A stretch of DNA of 61,857 nucleotides, counting the filler, from Hausera hauseri (Eukaryota): assembly GCA_046269625.1 (NCBI GenBank). It is 11 parts of 11 records of this genome, joined end to end, with 100 filler letters (N's around TTAATTAATTAA, not from the genome) between each part and the next. Parts side by side here need not be neighbours in the genome. Positions count along the whole stretch, not along the records: positions 9,940 to 17,470 come from JBJURY010008456.1; positions 17,571 to 22,956 come from JBJURY010265175.1; positions 23,057 to 28,138 come from JBJURY010341712.1; 8 more parts are not named here. The stretch is one strand, 5' to 3'. Shown here piece after piece: positions 11,415 to 23,547 of this stretch. The notes under the pieces were generated by a model. That model was given only the letters and a program-made list of their open reading frames with translations. It did no database searches and had not been told where the DNA came from. How positions within the stretch are numbered: position 1 is the first letter of the stretch; the number at the start of each line of letters is the position of its first letter. The translations under genes were made by a program, and so were the position numbers.

Positions 11415-14400
11415 ATTCGATCCGTTTTCCTTGTTCAAGGAGATGTTCCGCATCATGTCTTCTAGTTTGTTAGTCCCTCTTGCATCTTCCTCTTTTTCAA
11501 ATAATTTAGACCCTTTTATTTCTTTGGGTACCATTTTTGCAGCTTTTTTAGCTAATCCAATTGTCTTCCCAAATTCGTTTTCTAGTAGTGGGTTGGTCCT
11601 TACTGCTAGGTATATCAAGACTTTCCTTAATTCTTCCGTCGTATTATCTATCATAATTCTATCAATTACTGTTTCGTCAGGAAGGGTACTTTTCGATAAT
11701 TTAAATCTTGGAGTCTTCATCGTCCGGACTATATTATATATCAGTCTTTTTTTCTCGGTTAATATGTCACCTTCAAGTCCGGTATAGTTGACTATCCTAA
11801 TTAAGTCTCTCATTAGCTCAATTAGTTCTTCGTTGTCTGAACTCGGTGTCGGCATTGATAATTGTCTCAATTCTCTAATCAAGTCTGCATTATAATCAAT
11901 TTCTTTTATTTTCCTTGGTCTTCCAACAGTTCGTTTCGGTTTTACTGGTGGTAAAGTTTCGCTTAACGGAACTAAATTTATATCGTATTGAGGTTTGTTG
12001 TCATCGGTCTGTAAGTATTCAAAGTACATCACTGCATCTTGAATCCCCATAATTTTTATAACACAATGTTCTGTATGCGCATTTCTTATGGCTTCGTCCT
12101 TGGTTTGCTCACTAGTAATTATTGCTATTATTCGATTCACTTCGAGTGGTATAATCCCTACGTCTATTAAGAATTCCAGCTCATCTAGTATTTTACCCCT
12201 AAAATAGAGTTGATAATTAACTCCTTCCCTACCGATCTTATCCATTATCCGCTGCTTAATGTCTAAAACGATGGTATAGGTAGTGCATTCGAATTCCTCG
12301 TCATTCATTTCTTCAGACCATACTTTAACTTTAATTTCTGCTTCCGGTTTATTTTTCAATAGTTTAGCGTACTCTTTTATTAAGCGCTTCGGCGCGGCGC
12401 TGTATGCGATGTTCTCGCTGGACAACTTAGTCAAGGTTGACATCAATTTCCTTAACTTATCTTCGCTTATGTTTATTTTCAACACACTGCTTAGTTCCTT
12501 TTCAGCTAGTGTGGGATCAAGCAACATTTGTACGTCAAATTTCGACTTATGTGTATCAGTGGGTAACTCGTAAATTTGTATTGGAGTTTTTTGACTTTGC
12601 TCGGTTAGACCTTGGAGATATTCGTCCCATTCGGCTTCATTTTCTGCGTCAGGTAACTCGTAATTCAGTAGCGCTGCATGTCCGACCTGAACTCTTTCGC
12701 GTAATTTTCTTATCTGCGGTTCTAAATCCGGTATTCTAAATCCGTCTCCATTTCCGCATGCTTGTTGTATCAGTGTTATTAATCGGCACATTTCTTCTAG
12801 TTGCATCAAGGCTTTCTTTCGATAACTAGTTATTTCTGCGATTATATCTCTTTGCCATCTCTGTATAAATTCCGTTTTGTCGTTCATTTCGGATTCTGTA
12901 AGGAAATACTTATTCTTATAAACTTCTGTTTTTCTCAGTAATTCGTTTAGCTCGCATGCCTTTTCTCGGAGCGTAACCGGGTTTCTTTTACCAGACGTAT
13001 TTGATTTGTTAGTTGTTTGGCGATTACTTCGTCGATTTCTGCCATTTCTGTTAGTAATAAGATTAATTTGTGCATTTGATTCAATACTTCCACGTCTGGA
13101 TCTATTGCGTCCATTAACCTGCCTATGAACTTGGCTTTGTCAGCCGTCAGTTGAAGATCATTTCTAATCTCTTTTAATTCAGTGTGGCAGTGTAGGTCGA
13201 ACCCTGGTGTCCATTCTATTGGATTCTGTAAATGCTGTAGTGTCTGTGCCAGACAATCTGGTGGTCATTACATACTTCCAATGTTTCTATCTCTTGTACA
13301 GAGATTTCCTTTAGCGGTTTTTGTATTAGATTCTGTATTCCTCCCCAACGGATATTTACTAGGCTTTGCTGAAAATCACTTAGCTTGTTTCTTTTCTGTA
13401 GAAGTCCTTCTCATCTATCATACTATATATCTCTGTCAGCGTTGTTTGGTTTTGGTCTTCGCTCATAAATTCAAGCTCTCGAAATGATTCGAATTTAATT
13501 TGTAATTTCGCTTCATCTTCCATTGTACCGATGTCTAGTAGCATTTCCTCCAATTGATGTCTCATTATAGGCTCAACCACAGCAAACTTCTTTAGTCGTT
13601 CGTTAATCACTTCGGCTATAGAAGGTAACAAGTCTACCCACTTTTTCCAATTGTTTACATATTACTGGTTTAGCGTATATAGTTTCGTCTAAAGCATCAA
13701 AAGCTTCTTTTAGTTCATGATCTGGTCCTCGTATAAATTCTAGGATTTGTTTCATGTAGTTGAATTCTTCTTTATACTCACCTAATTCGAGAAGACAGGC
13801 ACGTATTATTCTCTGTACTTCTACCTTTTCGAGGTGAACTATACCGATCTTTAAGTCGTTAATTTTGGCTCCTATTCCATCTTCTCTTCCAATACGTGTT
13901 TTTAAACCTGGGTATTTTCGAGGTTTATCCTTTATTAAGCTGCACATTTCTAATAAAAAGAAAATATTGATTTGGTCTATACTCAGTATCTCTAGGTCGG
14001 TATCAGTCAGTTCGTATACTGGCTTGTTATGGAGGTGAGAAATTATTCCTTCTTCCATCCCATGCATCATTCCTTCTAAATTACGTCTGATGCGTTTTAA
14101 TTTTGGGTTGTTAATAAGTGTATTCTACAACCCTTCTGCCTGATTAACCTGATAAAGAAACGATCCATTTTTATTCCACCATATTTTCGTAAAATCCATC
14201 CCACTCTTTGTCCACAGTTCTAATATATTCTGCCAATTTTCTGTCAAGTCTTGCGTTATTGCTTGCAGTTCGTAAGGTGTGCCTTCTTCTTTCTTCTGAG
14301 AACCGGGTTTAAGATTTTTATATAGCTTTTCTATAAATTGTTGCTCCTTTCCAGAGATGTCCACTTGTTTACTCATCTGTTAAAGTTTCTGTAAGCTTTC

Positions 14401-15170
14401 CTGTAGCCTTTCAGGATCATCCAGTGTATCTCTTATTTTAGTTAGTTCGCTTGAATTTTTCCAAGATTTTAATTTTCCCGAACTTTATAGATTTTTCCGC
14501 TTTTGAGTTCTCTCCGCTAGCTGGTAACGGACATATTTCATTAATTTCATCAATATTAGGAATATTTGTTGTTTCCGGAATGTCTTGAGTTATTACAGGA
14601 GTGTTTAACTCTGTTTCATCTCTTAAAGTGATAGTGAAATCTTCCTCCTTTTCTACATCCTTTTTAATAGGTGATCGTGAACGAGTTCTCGATCTTCTCC
14701 TAAGAGCGGGGCTTCTACCTCTATTCTTGGTTATCTTGAGTATTAATGGCCAAATAAATTCACTCTCAACTTCGTCCGTTGTTTTGTCTTTATTAACGCG
14801 ACATGATTTCGGTATCTGCATCCAAGTCTATACTTGAAGACGTAGTCGGTTTTTCTTCTTTCTCCTCTTTCGTTGCTTGATTTAGATTTTTCTTCCTGGT
14901 CATGTTAGTAGGTGCTATCGCCTTTTCGTATTCCGTTTTTGGTTCTCTTAACCCGTGATAAACTTCCATTTGGTGCATCTTTTCTTCGTATTCCTTTCTG
15001 GCCTTGATAACTTGTGAATTATTAAAATCACCCTAATTTTTCACATATCTTCGTAGATCTTGCATCTCGGTAATCATGCTTATATCACCACGTTTTCCAT
15101 AGATTCCTTCCAAATTATCTCTTGTCGTGCTAGCTTTACTAGTTTCTGCAAATAATACAATCCGTGGGTT
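11415..15170 (-). pseudogene. Region X (A1): helical/coiled-coil protein with RS tract, ubiquitin-like domain and AT-hook, in the position normally held by pol
   Basis: ORFs 14793-14978, 14438-14821, 14125-14376, 13603-14070, 13380-13631 and 11412-12887 align with A2 and A3; no protease D(S/T)G, RT YxDD or integrase DDE motif seen. Confidence 0.8.
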
Positions 15171-16410
15171 AGGGCATAACCTAGTTATGTGTCTTTCCTT
15201 ACCACATAAATAAAAAATTAGGTTTCTGTCTCGTCCAATCCTTTGTCGTCCATCTTCATTCACTGGTGATTTGGGTCTACCTATTGTTTTATTTTGAGCT
15301 TGCTTATCAATTCCTTTATTTTTATTTTCAAAACTCCGATTATCTATATACCGGTTCTTATTGCCTCGGTCATTATTTAGGTTTCTATCCAGATTATAAC
15401 CGGTTTTGTTATAAGAATTATAAGTATTCCGATTATCATTCCTATTATCATACCTCGTGCTGCAATTAGAGACATTTGGAGCTATATCCTCATAGCCTCG
15501 GTCCTTATTATTATCGTTAAATTTTCTGTTGTTTTGGTTTCTATCACGATTGTCACGATCATTATTTCGGTCGTATCTATCGCTTTGTTTAGCGTATCTA
15601 TCTAGTGCCATTTCCAAGTTTTGTGCTATTTGTAATGCAGTCTCGAAGTTGTTTGGTCGAGCCAAAATTAGTTGTTTAACTAAATCTCTGGACATATACC
15701 GTTTATTAACTGCGTTGTCATCATGACATCTAAATCTGGTGGGCTCGCCTTTTCTGCCGCTTTGTGTTCTGCGTCTGTCTTTGCCTTTGCCGCATTGGCT
15801 ATCCTTAACGTACTCACGTAACTATTAGCAAGTTTCTTTAGTGCGAATGCAAACTGAGTGACCGACTCACCTTTTTGTTGCGTTCTATTCTGAAAGGCCA
15901 TAAGCTTCTGTTGTGGCGTCACCGTCGGCAATAGTTTACGATTTAGGGCTCCTACTACAGAGGACCATGATTTCTTCTCATCATTAGTAAGTTCACTATA
16001 GGCATCTGCAGCCAAATTTTTCAAGTATAATGACAGTCGTTTAATCATAACCTCGGGCGCAAGATTGACACCTTCTGCGTGCAATTTATAGGTTCTTAAA
16101 AAGTCGTTTAACCAGTCAGGGTCACTGTCGTATGCCGGTAAATTCAAGGAATCGAACGTAAATATGTCGAGTTTTTGAGATATGGCTGGGTTCTCTGCTG
16201 TCATCTTTATTTTTTTCGGTTTGTCTACTTTAATTCTGGGAGGAGTTTTAATTGTTTAACGGAGGTTAATTCAGTGTCAGATAAACAGTGCTTATCGATT
16301 ATCTTATCTTCAGTATAGAGCTTATTTCGTGTTTCTCTTTGATTAAGTTTCTCTTTACCGTTTACTAATAAATTTTGATACGAATTGAACCTATCAATAT
16401 TTGCTCTCAA
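15171..16410 (-). pseudogene. gag: Ty3/Gypsy-type Gag (A1)
   Basis: LPAYDSDPD..LYLKNLAADAYSEL..FQNRTQQKGESVTQFAFALKKLA (major-homology-region-like), N/D/R-rich linker, degenerate knuckle FYLCGKERHITRLC. Confidence 0.85.
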
Positions 16411-16562
16411 TTTGATTTTTACTTACTCCCTTCCTAACCACTTATAATCCCACGTTTAAACTCTTAACTTATATCGTATAACAATTATTTGGTGTAAGTG
16501 GCGCTATTCGCCGGAATGTCTTTAATTAACTCTCAAGAGTAATGTCTAGCGAGGCACAAATT

Positions 16563-16580
16563 GTCCTGCTAGGGTCGCCA
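16563..16580 (-). promoter_or_regulatory. Primer-binding site, tRNA-Arg-like
   Basis: Minus strand reads TGTAACA-TATT-TGGCGACCCTAGCAGGAC, complementary to a tRNA-Arg-like 3' end (..GTCCTGC..GGTCGCCA). Confidence 0.75.
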
Positions 16581-16584
16581 AATA

Positions 16585-17274
16585 TGTTACAGTTGCGGTG
16601 GCCCTTACCTTCTCCCACTATAACAATATTTTCTCTAGAATTAATTTGCTGTATCAGCAGGTTAGGACTATTCGTTCTCGAATAGTCTGCTTGTGCCTTA
16701 AGATTTTAACTAAATTTATGTAGTGATGCTGGTACTGCTTGCGATAAAACTGCGTGTCTCAATTTGTAATATCTCAACTTAACTATGCGATTTTAAGTAG
16801 ATTTTGCTCTTATGGTAGTCAAATCGTCTTTAAGAGACGATGAAAAATTATATAGGGATTTTAACAAACAATCAACTAAAAGTGGCCTTTATTCGATACA
16901 CCAATTAACACAATGATTCCTCTCGACAAGAACAACTCACGAATAATAACGTCAATAGTAAGTTGCAATCTTCTGACTCTAAGGTCAGTTTCGACGTTGA
17001 TATCGCTTTATTGGGAATTCAGCTTGTCCGACTCTAAGTCGTACACTAATTTTGTCTGTCTATTTCTTTTTGTCGTCTGCTTATATACTAGCAGTTTCTT
17101 CAATACCCTATTTATTTTCAATTTGAATTCAATTTCTTAAGCTAATATAATATTTACGTATAACTAAAATCCAATTTCTTAGATTATAGCACTGCTTCGA
17201 CAGTTTATTTGTTTTCCAAATGGTCAAATTTTCTGTTTAATCTAATTCTACTAGAATAACAGTTCTACTGTACA
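16585..17274 (-). repeat. Putative 5' LTR of A1 (about 690 bp)
   Basis: Imperfect terminal inverted repeats (minus strand TGTACAGTAG ... CAACTGTAACA), TATATAA near 17085, AATAAA near 17010 and 16890, ends 4 nt before the PBS. No second LTR is available to confirm the far boundary. Confidence 0.55.
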
Positions 17275-17570
17275 ATTATTTACAATGTTTGAAATTGCAA
17301 TTCTCGTAAGGAATTGGTCGGCAATTTTTCTCATAGGCAATTTGCTCACATAAATTTTGAGTATACACATGAATGGTCGTAAAATATAGCCGAACATTAG
17401 ATGTATAAATTTTATTTCGACAAAATTAAAAATTCCTACAGGCAGTGTGGGAGACTTGAACCTGTGCGAANNNNNNNNNNNNNNNNNNNNNNNNNNNNNN
17501 NNNNNNNNNNNNNNTTAATTAATTAANNNNNNNNNNNNNNNNNNNNNNNNNNNNNNNNNNNNNNNNNNNN

Positions 17571-18930
17571 GTTTTCCTCATTAGGTGTTGCAAGTGATAT
17601 AAATGCCATTTTTCGTCTTTTTCGTCCAAAATTTGAAGTTGTTTTGGCCAGTACCCCTTTGATGATCTTAAAAATGGCGGTGCTTTCCACCATACCTGAT
17701 GATTCTCGAGATTAGTTATTGGCATGTTTCTACTTAGGACATTTGCTGGATTTTGTGACGTACGGACATGGCCCCATTTACTGCATTTATTTTCCTCTTG
17801 GATAAAACTGATTCTAGCGATAAATATTTTACAACACTTCTCGTGCTGTCGGATCTAATATAACATCAAGACTATCTGACCAAAACAACACGGCTTTTAT
17901 TTCTATTTCGAGAGCAGCCGTAACCTTTTTACCCAACTTTATTCCAACCACGGCTTTCATGAGTTTAAATCGTGGTAGTGAGATTACCTTGATCGGAGTT
18001 ACTTTCCCTTTGGACGCTACAGGTGTTGGTTTTACTTTTCCATTATAATCTTCAAAATTGTACGCCATCGCCGCGTATACATCCTTAGACGCATCACTGA
18101 ATACATGGATCCTTGACGTTCTTCCTTGATTTGTCATTACGCGATTTAGTTTTATTTTATTCAGATAGCTTTATTCCTTCATCCATTCATTCGCTTTGTC
18201 ATTTAGTACTTTTGGTAATGGATTGTTCAAATCTATTCCGAGCATCCATTTATCATGAATTAAAATTTCGCCCACCACTGTATAACACTCTATAATGCCT
18301 AACGGATCAAATATCTTTGCCACCGAACCCAACAATTTTTTCTTGGTTAATGTATTTTTATTGTATTCCTTAGCATCAAAACTACAAACATCCACATCTG
18401 TTTACCATCGAATACAATTAGTCTATATGTCTTGATTTTCTTCAGTTAATCTATGACTATTAATTTTCTTCATCTGGCATAATTCCTTATAATATCTGAA
18501 TTAAAAATGCACTTTTTTGCCTTCATCCTCGCTTGCTTCCACGACCATTATAAATCATTATATAGTTTGACTGCTCTTTCTTCATTTTCAACCGTCGATA
18601 GACTGTTATCCATGTACGTGGATTTCGGAACAACTTCAGCTGCTGCTGGCACGGTATTTCGGTGTTTTCAGAATTTACCCTGCAAGTAAGTTGTACTACA
18701 AACAGCAATGCATTTAATCTAAAGACAAGTCGTTGGAATTCGAATTTTTGTTCCTTTTCATTCTTCCAGAAAAACCGTAAGTTTTTTCGATCAAATTTCC
18801 TTACTTCGATTTGAAGGAACATCTCAGCCATGTCGCACATCATAGTTATCTTGTGCCGTCTAAATTTCAACAAGATACCGATTCGATCTTGTTGTAGTTT
18901 TGGTTCTGCACTAATCATGTCGTTCAAACA
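17571..18930 (-). pseudogene. pol: BEL/Pao LTR retrotransposon pol fragment (RT and RNase H/peptidase A17 region)
   Basis: ILLKFRRHKITMMCDMAEMFLQI..LRFFW, TKKKLLGSVAKIFDPLG, HVFSDASKDVYAA, SKGKVTPIKVISLPR, FWSDS, WWKAPPFL. Confidence 0.9.
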
Positions 18931-18939
18931 TTCGCCTTA

Positions 18940-19330
18940 GAGTTTCTGAATTTTTTGCATAACCCTTCGGGAAGTATTAAATGCGGCATTTTCATGCAGT
19001 AAGATTGTTCTGCCGCGATTCAGCAGTCCTGGGTAGCGATTGCTCAAAGCATTATGAACTCGCTGTAGTTATACAGCATAAAGGTTACCATCGATAGCTT
19101 GACCACAAGTTCCCAGTGCGCACGTCTGTCATAATTCCACCAAACATACATCACTTCTTCGAAGCGACCTTGAGAATCAACTTAATGATGTGGCTGGCCA
19201 GGCTGAAACCATTGCTTATATCCAGCAGAATTATGGCAGAAAATCCACTTTTCGCTTCCAAGAAAGACTGTTTCTGAGATTATTGAATATTTTGTGGCAA
19301 TGATCAACTTGACATTGGGCTTGAATATTT
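18940..19330 (-). pseudogene. Mariner transposase fragment
   Basis: Manual translation: GSEKWIFCHN..KQWFQPGQP..VMYVWWNY..HWELV..IDGNLYAV*LQRVHNALSNRYPGLLNRGRTILLHENA..VMQKIQKL (degenerate TGDEKW and LLHDNA motifs). Confidence 0.75.
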
Positions 19331-19899
19331 ATAAATTCGTGAGGAACTCGCAGTTGATTTTTTTACAAAGTCAGGTTGTGCAGATAACGAACAATGGTGC
19401 TTTGAGAATGGCCGAGATCCTCTGACAGTCTGCGGGTGCTAGTACAGGGCTGCTACTCCGCCAGGGCACGAAACTACTCTTTGTTCACAACTGATGGTCG
19501 ACCTGAACTTTTCTGATCTTCAAGACCGGGATCTCCCCGATTAAAGCGATGAAACCACAACTAAGCTGTATTTTTTTAGCACATCCTTGCTTTCCATGTT
19601 GCAGATTTTTCGAGTAGCAACTGCTGCTGTTAGGTATTTTTCAAATAATGTCGTACTATGACACGAATTACTGCTTTTCTTCAATTATTTTAAAATTAAA
19701 AATAACTGAATGGTGTTTTAAAAAAATTTCTTTTAAAGTGTAATTAGATTACAATTTTCATGGGTTTTAAAATAATATCAAATATTGTATATAAATGTTA
19801 TGCATAAATGATCTGATAAAAAATTCTCACCCCGATCCTTCTTATGTTGAAAACCCCACTAAGACTAGATTAGTTCGTCGTCCTGCCAACCCCACCAAC

Positions 19900-20195
19900 T
19901 ACATCTCCAAATCTCTTCCTCAGATTTTTTTCTCGATAAGACGAATTTGAGTCGTACCTGGTTACAATTCCATATGCAATGGCTTAAGGCCAATCATATA
20001 TCAGATTCCTTCTTGCAGGCGAGCAGTTTGCTGCTACTACTTCCAGCTAATATCAAGCAGCAAATTAATAATCTGGCCGACATACTAACCTCTTCAAATC
20101 CATATGATATGCTTTATCAATCAGTTCTGCACATTACCGACTCTTCAATTGACAGCATAATTCACAATTACTTTAATGAACAAGCCATCCACCAA
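19900..20195 (+). pseudogene. gag: Gypsy-type gag N-terminal fragment, cut by the neighbouring LTR
   Basis: SRTWLQFHMQWLKANHISD..LLLLLPANIKQQINNLADILTSSNPYDMLYQSVL resembles a Gypsy capsid N-terminus; it stops at the LTR edge (20196). Confidence 0.5.
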
Positions 20196-20639
20196 TGTGA
20201 TACAGCCGGCATTATATCCAAGTAATACAGTAATAAATTCAATTCACAAACAAAAGATCCAAATAAGGCTGATTATAAGAAGCTTTATTCAATTTCAAAT
20301 TTTTTTATCAATTTATCAATTTGTAAAATTTTTACATATATATACAAAGACCAAAATATGTAGTTAGATATAGTCAGATAAGTTAAAACTGCAATCAAGA
20401 GCAAATTCAACTGTCTATATTCTTGTTTGTATGTTAGGAGAGAACATTATAAAAATGTGACATGACGTAAATTTTGACTTGGAATGAACTGCATGACATA
20501 TAACCGCCAAATGACTGATTAATTTTGAGCAACTGATTTTCTCTTTTGAGCACTGACCTTGAAAAATCGAAATATCGTCGAAGTCTGCTGCATCTTTTTA
20601 TATGAGGAAACGATTCGCGCCCGCGACTGCGGCACCACA
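20196..20639 (-). repeat. 3' LTR (444 bp)
   Basis: Minus strand starts TGTGGTGC right after the PPT and ends GTATCACA (6/8 inverted match); TATAAAA near 20600 and AATAAA near 20285. Confidence 0.75.
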
Positions 20640-21064
20640 TCACCCCCATGGCAGGGTAAAGACTGAAGAGGAAAATAAATGGGGATTATGGTAGGACGAT
20701 AATAACTTGTACCTATTCGGTTTTGGTACGTGTCAGACGTTGGATTCCATCTATACACTTCTCCATGCTGTAAGTACAAAATGTCACTTTGCGTGACCTG
20801 TTAGATGTTACTGGTGCTTGTCGAGTTGTTTGAGGGAGATACTATGGATTTTGTGGTGCGGGAGGATGCATCATGAAGAGGTAAAAGTGGAGAAGACGCT
20901 GAAAAAGGAAAAAGATCACGCGAAAAAGACGAGACTGGAGATAGCAGCGAATCGTGCGATGAAGATGAAATGAATAGTGGATGTGCAGGCGATGACGAAG
21001 TAGCAAATGGTGAAGGAGCAGTGGATGATGACGGAAGTGAAGAGAACCGATTGTGACTCGAGAG

Positions 21065-22956
21065 TTAATGCTGCGATGGATTAAAATCATCAAGGAAATT
21101 AGATGATGGCTCGAGGGTAGAGAAGTTTGAGTTGGGATTTGAAACAGTGCTTTTATCCTGGTCATCGTCAACGATGAAAGCTGGCTTAATATTAGAGATG
21201 TATACGTTGTGAGGTCTGTCCTTTAGTAAAATAGTGGCGGTTTGCGAAGAAAGGTTCAGTAGTCTAAAACCAGAAGGCGATTGATTCTTCAGCCACACAA
21301 ACTTGGCGGAGTATAAATCCTTCAGAATATACGATTTGTTATTGTTAAAGAGACGAAAGAAAGAATCTGAGCTGAACTCCACGAAGTGAGATTGTGCTGC
21401 ACGAATGTTTTCGTCTGTGTGGTTGTCATCGAGATCAGAAAGTTTAAATAAGGCCCGAATTGGAGTTCCAAAGGGAGCCTCAGCAGAAGCACAGCCTGTG
21501 GTGGTGGATGGCCTGTTGCACCAACCGAGTAGGATAAGAGGAAGAATTGAGGTCCAGCCATGATTGCTATTCGCCAGGATTTTCAAGGAAATTTTCATGG
21601 TACGGTGAAATCTCTCAAGAATACCATTTGCTTGGGGATGGTACTGTTTTGTATGAAAGTGAGCTATCCCCAAGTGCTTTACAATAGATATGAAAAGATC
21701 AGCTTCAAATTGCGGACCCTGGTCCGCTATGATGTGACGTGGTGAAACAAAACGGCTGATCCATATTTTGATAGAGGCATCTGCTATCGAGTCGGTATTG
21801 GTTGATAGTAGAGGAATGGCTTCCGGCCAGCGAGAAGCACAATCCATCATGGATAAGATGTATTGATAGCCGTTGTCGGATGGCAAAGGACTGACAAGAT
21901 CCAAATGCAGTGTCGAAACGGGACGTACAAGGGAAGTGGTAAAATGGTGGCTTGAGGTGTTTATGGATCTTGTATTGCGGGCATGCTGCACATCCCTTGA
22001 CCCTGATCTGTCAATCTGTACGCATAGTTGGCCATACAACGTGGCGTTGCAGTAGACGAAATGTGGCTTTTGAACCCGGATGATGAAGAGAATGAAAATG
22101 AATGAAAGCCGTCTTTTGTAACGATGGAGCAAGAATGATCCTCTTGTTGGTCGAGTTGGAAGTGTCATAGGCGATGCCATTGATGATTTTAAAAGATTTA
22201 TGAGCTTTGGGAATATCAAATGATGGCTGATTGCTTCTGAGGACCTCAGAGGAGAAAATTGGCTGAACTGTAATTGAGTTAACCGACCGCGAAAGAAAGT
22301 CTTCTACTAAATTTTCGCTGCCTGAAATGTGTTTCATGGAAAAATTAAATGTCGACAGGTATGATATCTGTCGTTCTTGTCTGGGTGAGGGCTGTTTCAA
22401 AGTCATTATGTGAATTAGAGGCTTATGGTCGGTTTGGATGGTAAATTGACGCGAAAGAAGCAAATGCTTGAAATGCTTTACCACTAGAACTACAGTCAAG
22501 AGTTCTCGATCGAATGTTGAGTATCGGCTTTCCGGTTGCGTGATATTTCGGGAATAGGATTCTAATGGTTCATCGACGCCACTGTATATTTGGTGGTTGC
22601 TGTGGTTGAGGCATCGGTAGTTAATATTAGTTCAGCGTTTGGCTTTGGAAAAGCCAAGATTTCCGCAGTTTTCAGACCTTCACGAAGTCGATCAAATTGG
22701 TTTACTAGATCGAGAGTCCAATAGATTAATTGTCTTTTCGTCCCAGATAAGAGGTGTGCGAAAGGTGCCGTTAGTTCGGACCAGTGTGGCACGTATTTGT
22801 GTACGAAATGCAATGTCCCTAGATAACTCCTCATATCGTTAGTAGTCGTTGGCAATGTCACATTTTTTAATTGTTGTAGGCGATCAGGCTGGGGCGAATG
22901 CCCTTCGGGAGTAATTATGTGGCCTAAGAAGTTGACGCGTTTCTGGAAGAAATTGC
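21065..22956 (-). pseudogene. pol: Gypsy pol (RT-RNase H-integrase), frameshifted
   Basis: LTTDAS, YSTFDREL, FTIQTDHKPL, HSLHHPGSKAT, HLDLVSPLP..MDCASRWPEAIPL, ADQGPQFE, YHPQANGILERFHRTMK. Confidence 0.92.
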
Positions 22957-23547
22957 NNNNNNNNNNNNNNNNNNNNNNNNNNNNNNNNNNNNNNNNNNNN
23001 TTAATTAATTAANNNNNNNNNNNNNNNNNNNNNNNNNNNNNNNNNNNNNNNNNNNNTACACTCGAGGATGATCGATTGCAAAATGGATAAGAGTGATAAT
23101 ATATTATATATTTTGAGTAGGTTCAGCAGTGTTGTGCCAAGTTGCAGGGGAAAACGAAGTCGAATGGCAAATTGAACTGCCACATTCAATTATAATTGCT
23201 GTTTAGTGTAGAAGGCAGCATAATTATATTGTAATACTTATTGCATCCATAAAATAAATGAGTTTACATAAATCGACAAAATTCATGTAGTAAAATTCAA
23301 GTCACATGACAAAAACATTTAAACGAAAATGTCACATGACAAATCAAGAATCGAATAAATTTATTTGACTCCAATTCAGTTAATAAATAATCAGTTCGTG
23401 AAAGCAAAAGATTATTGGCCATGTTTAACCATAGAAAAGCAATAAATACTTGTATTCCATAAAATATAATCCAATATAAGATGCTAAGCAGCTAGGAATA
23501 AATCAAGTCAATTAAATAAAATTGATTAGGAATACAAAATTGCAATA

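Larger units (their letters stand above)
9940..17274 (-). mobile_element. Gag-X-Env LTR element, subfamily A, copy A1 (5' LTR, PBS, gag, X, env; 3' end lost at contig edge)
   Basis: LTR/PBS junction, Gypsy-like Gag, long non-pol region and chuvirus-like glycoprotein; collinear with copies at 28239-35230 and 40000-45797. Confidence 0.9.
20196..22956 (-). mobile_element. Ty3/Gypsy retrotransposon 3' half (RT end, RNase H, integrase, PPT, 3' LTR)
   Basis: Pol motifs, then PPT GGGGGTGA (20640-20647) directly before an LTR. Confidence 0.9.

Noticed and set aside
17430-17470. B-box-like GGTTCAAGTC on the minus strand (tRNA or SINE)
   Set aside because: Truncated by the gap; no cloverleaf or A-box can be verified.
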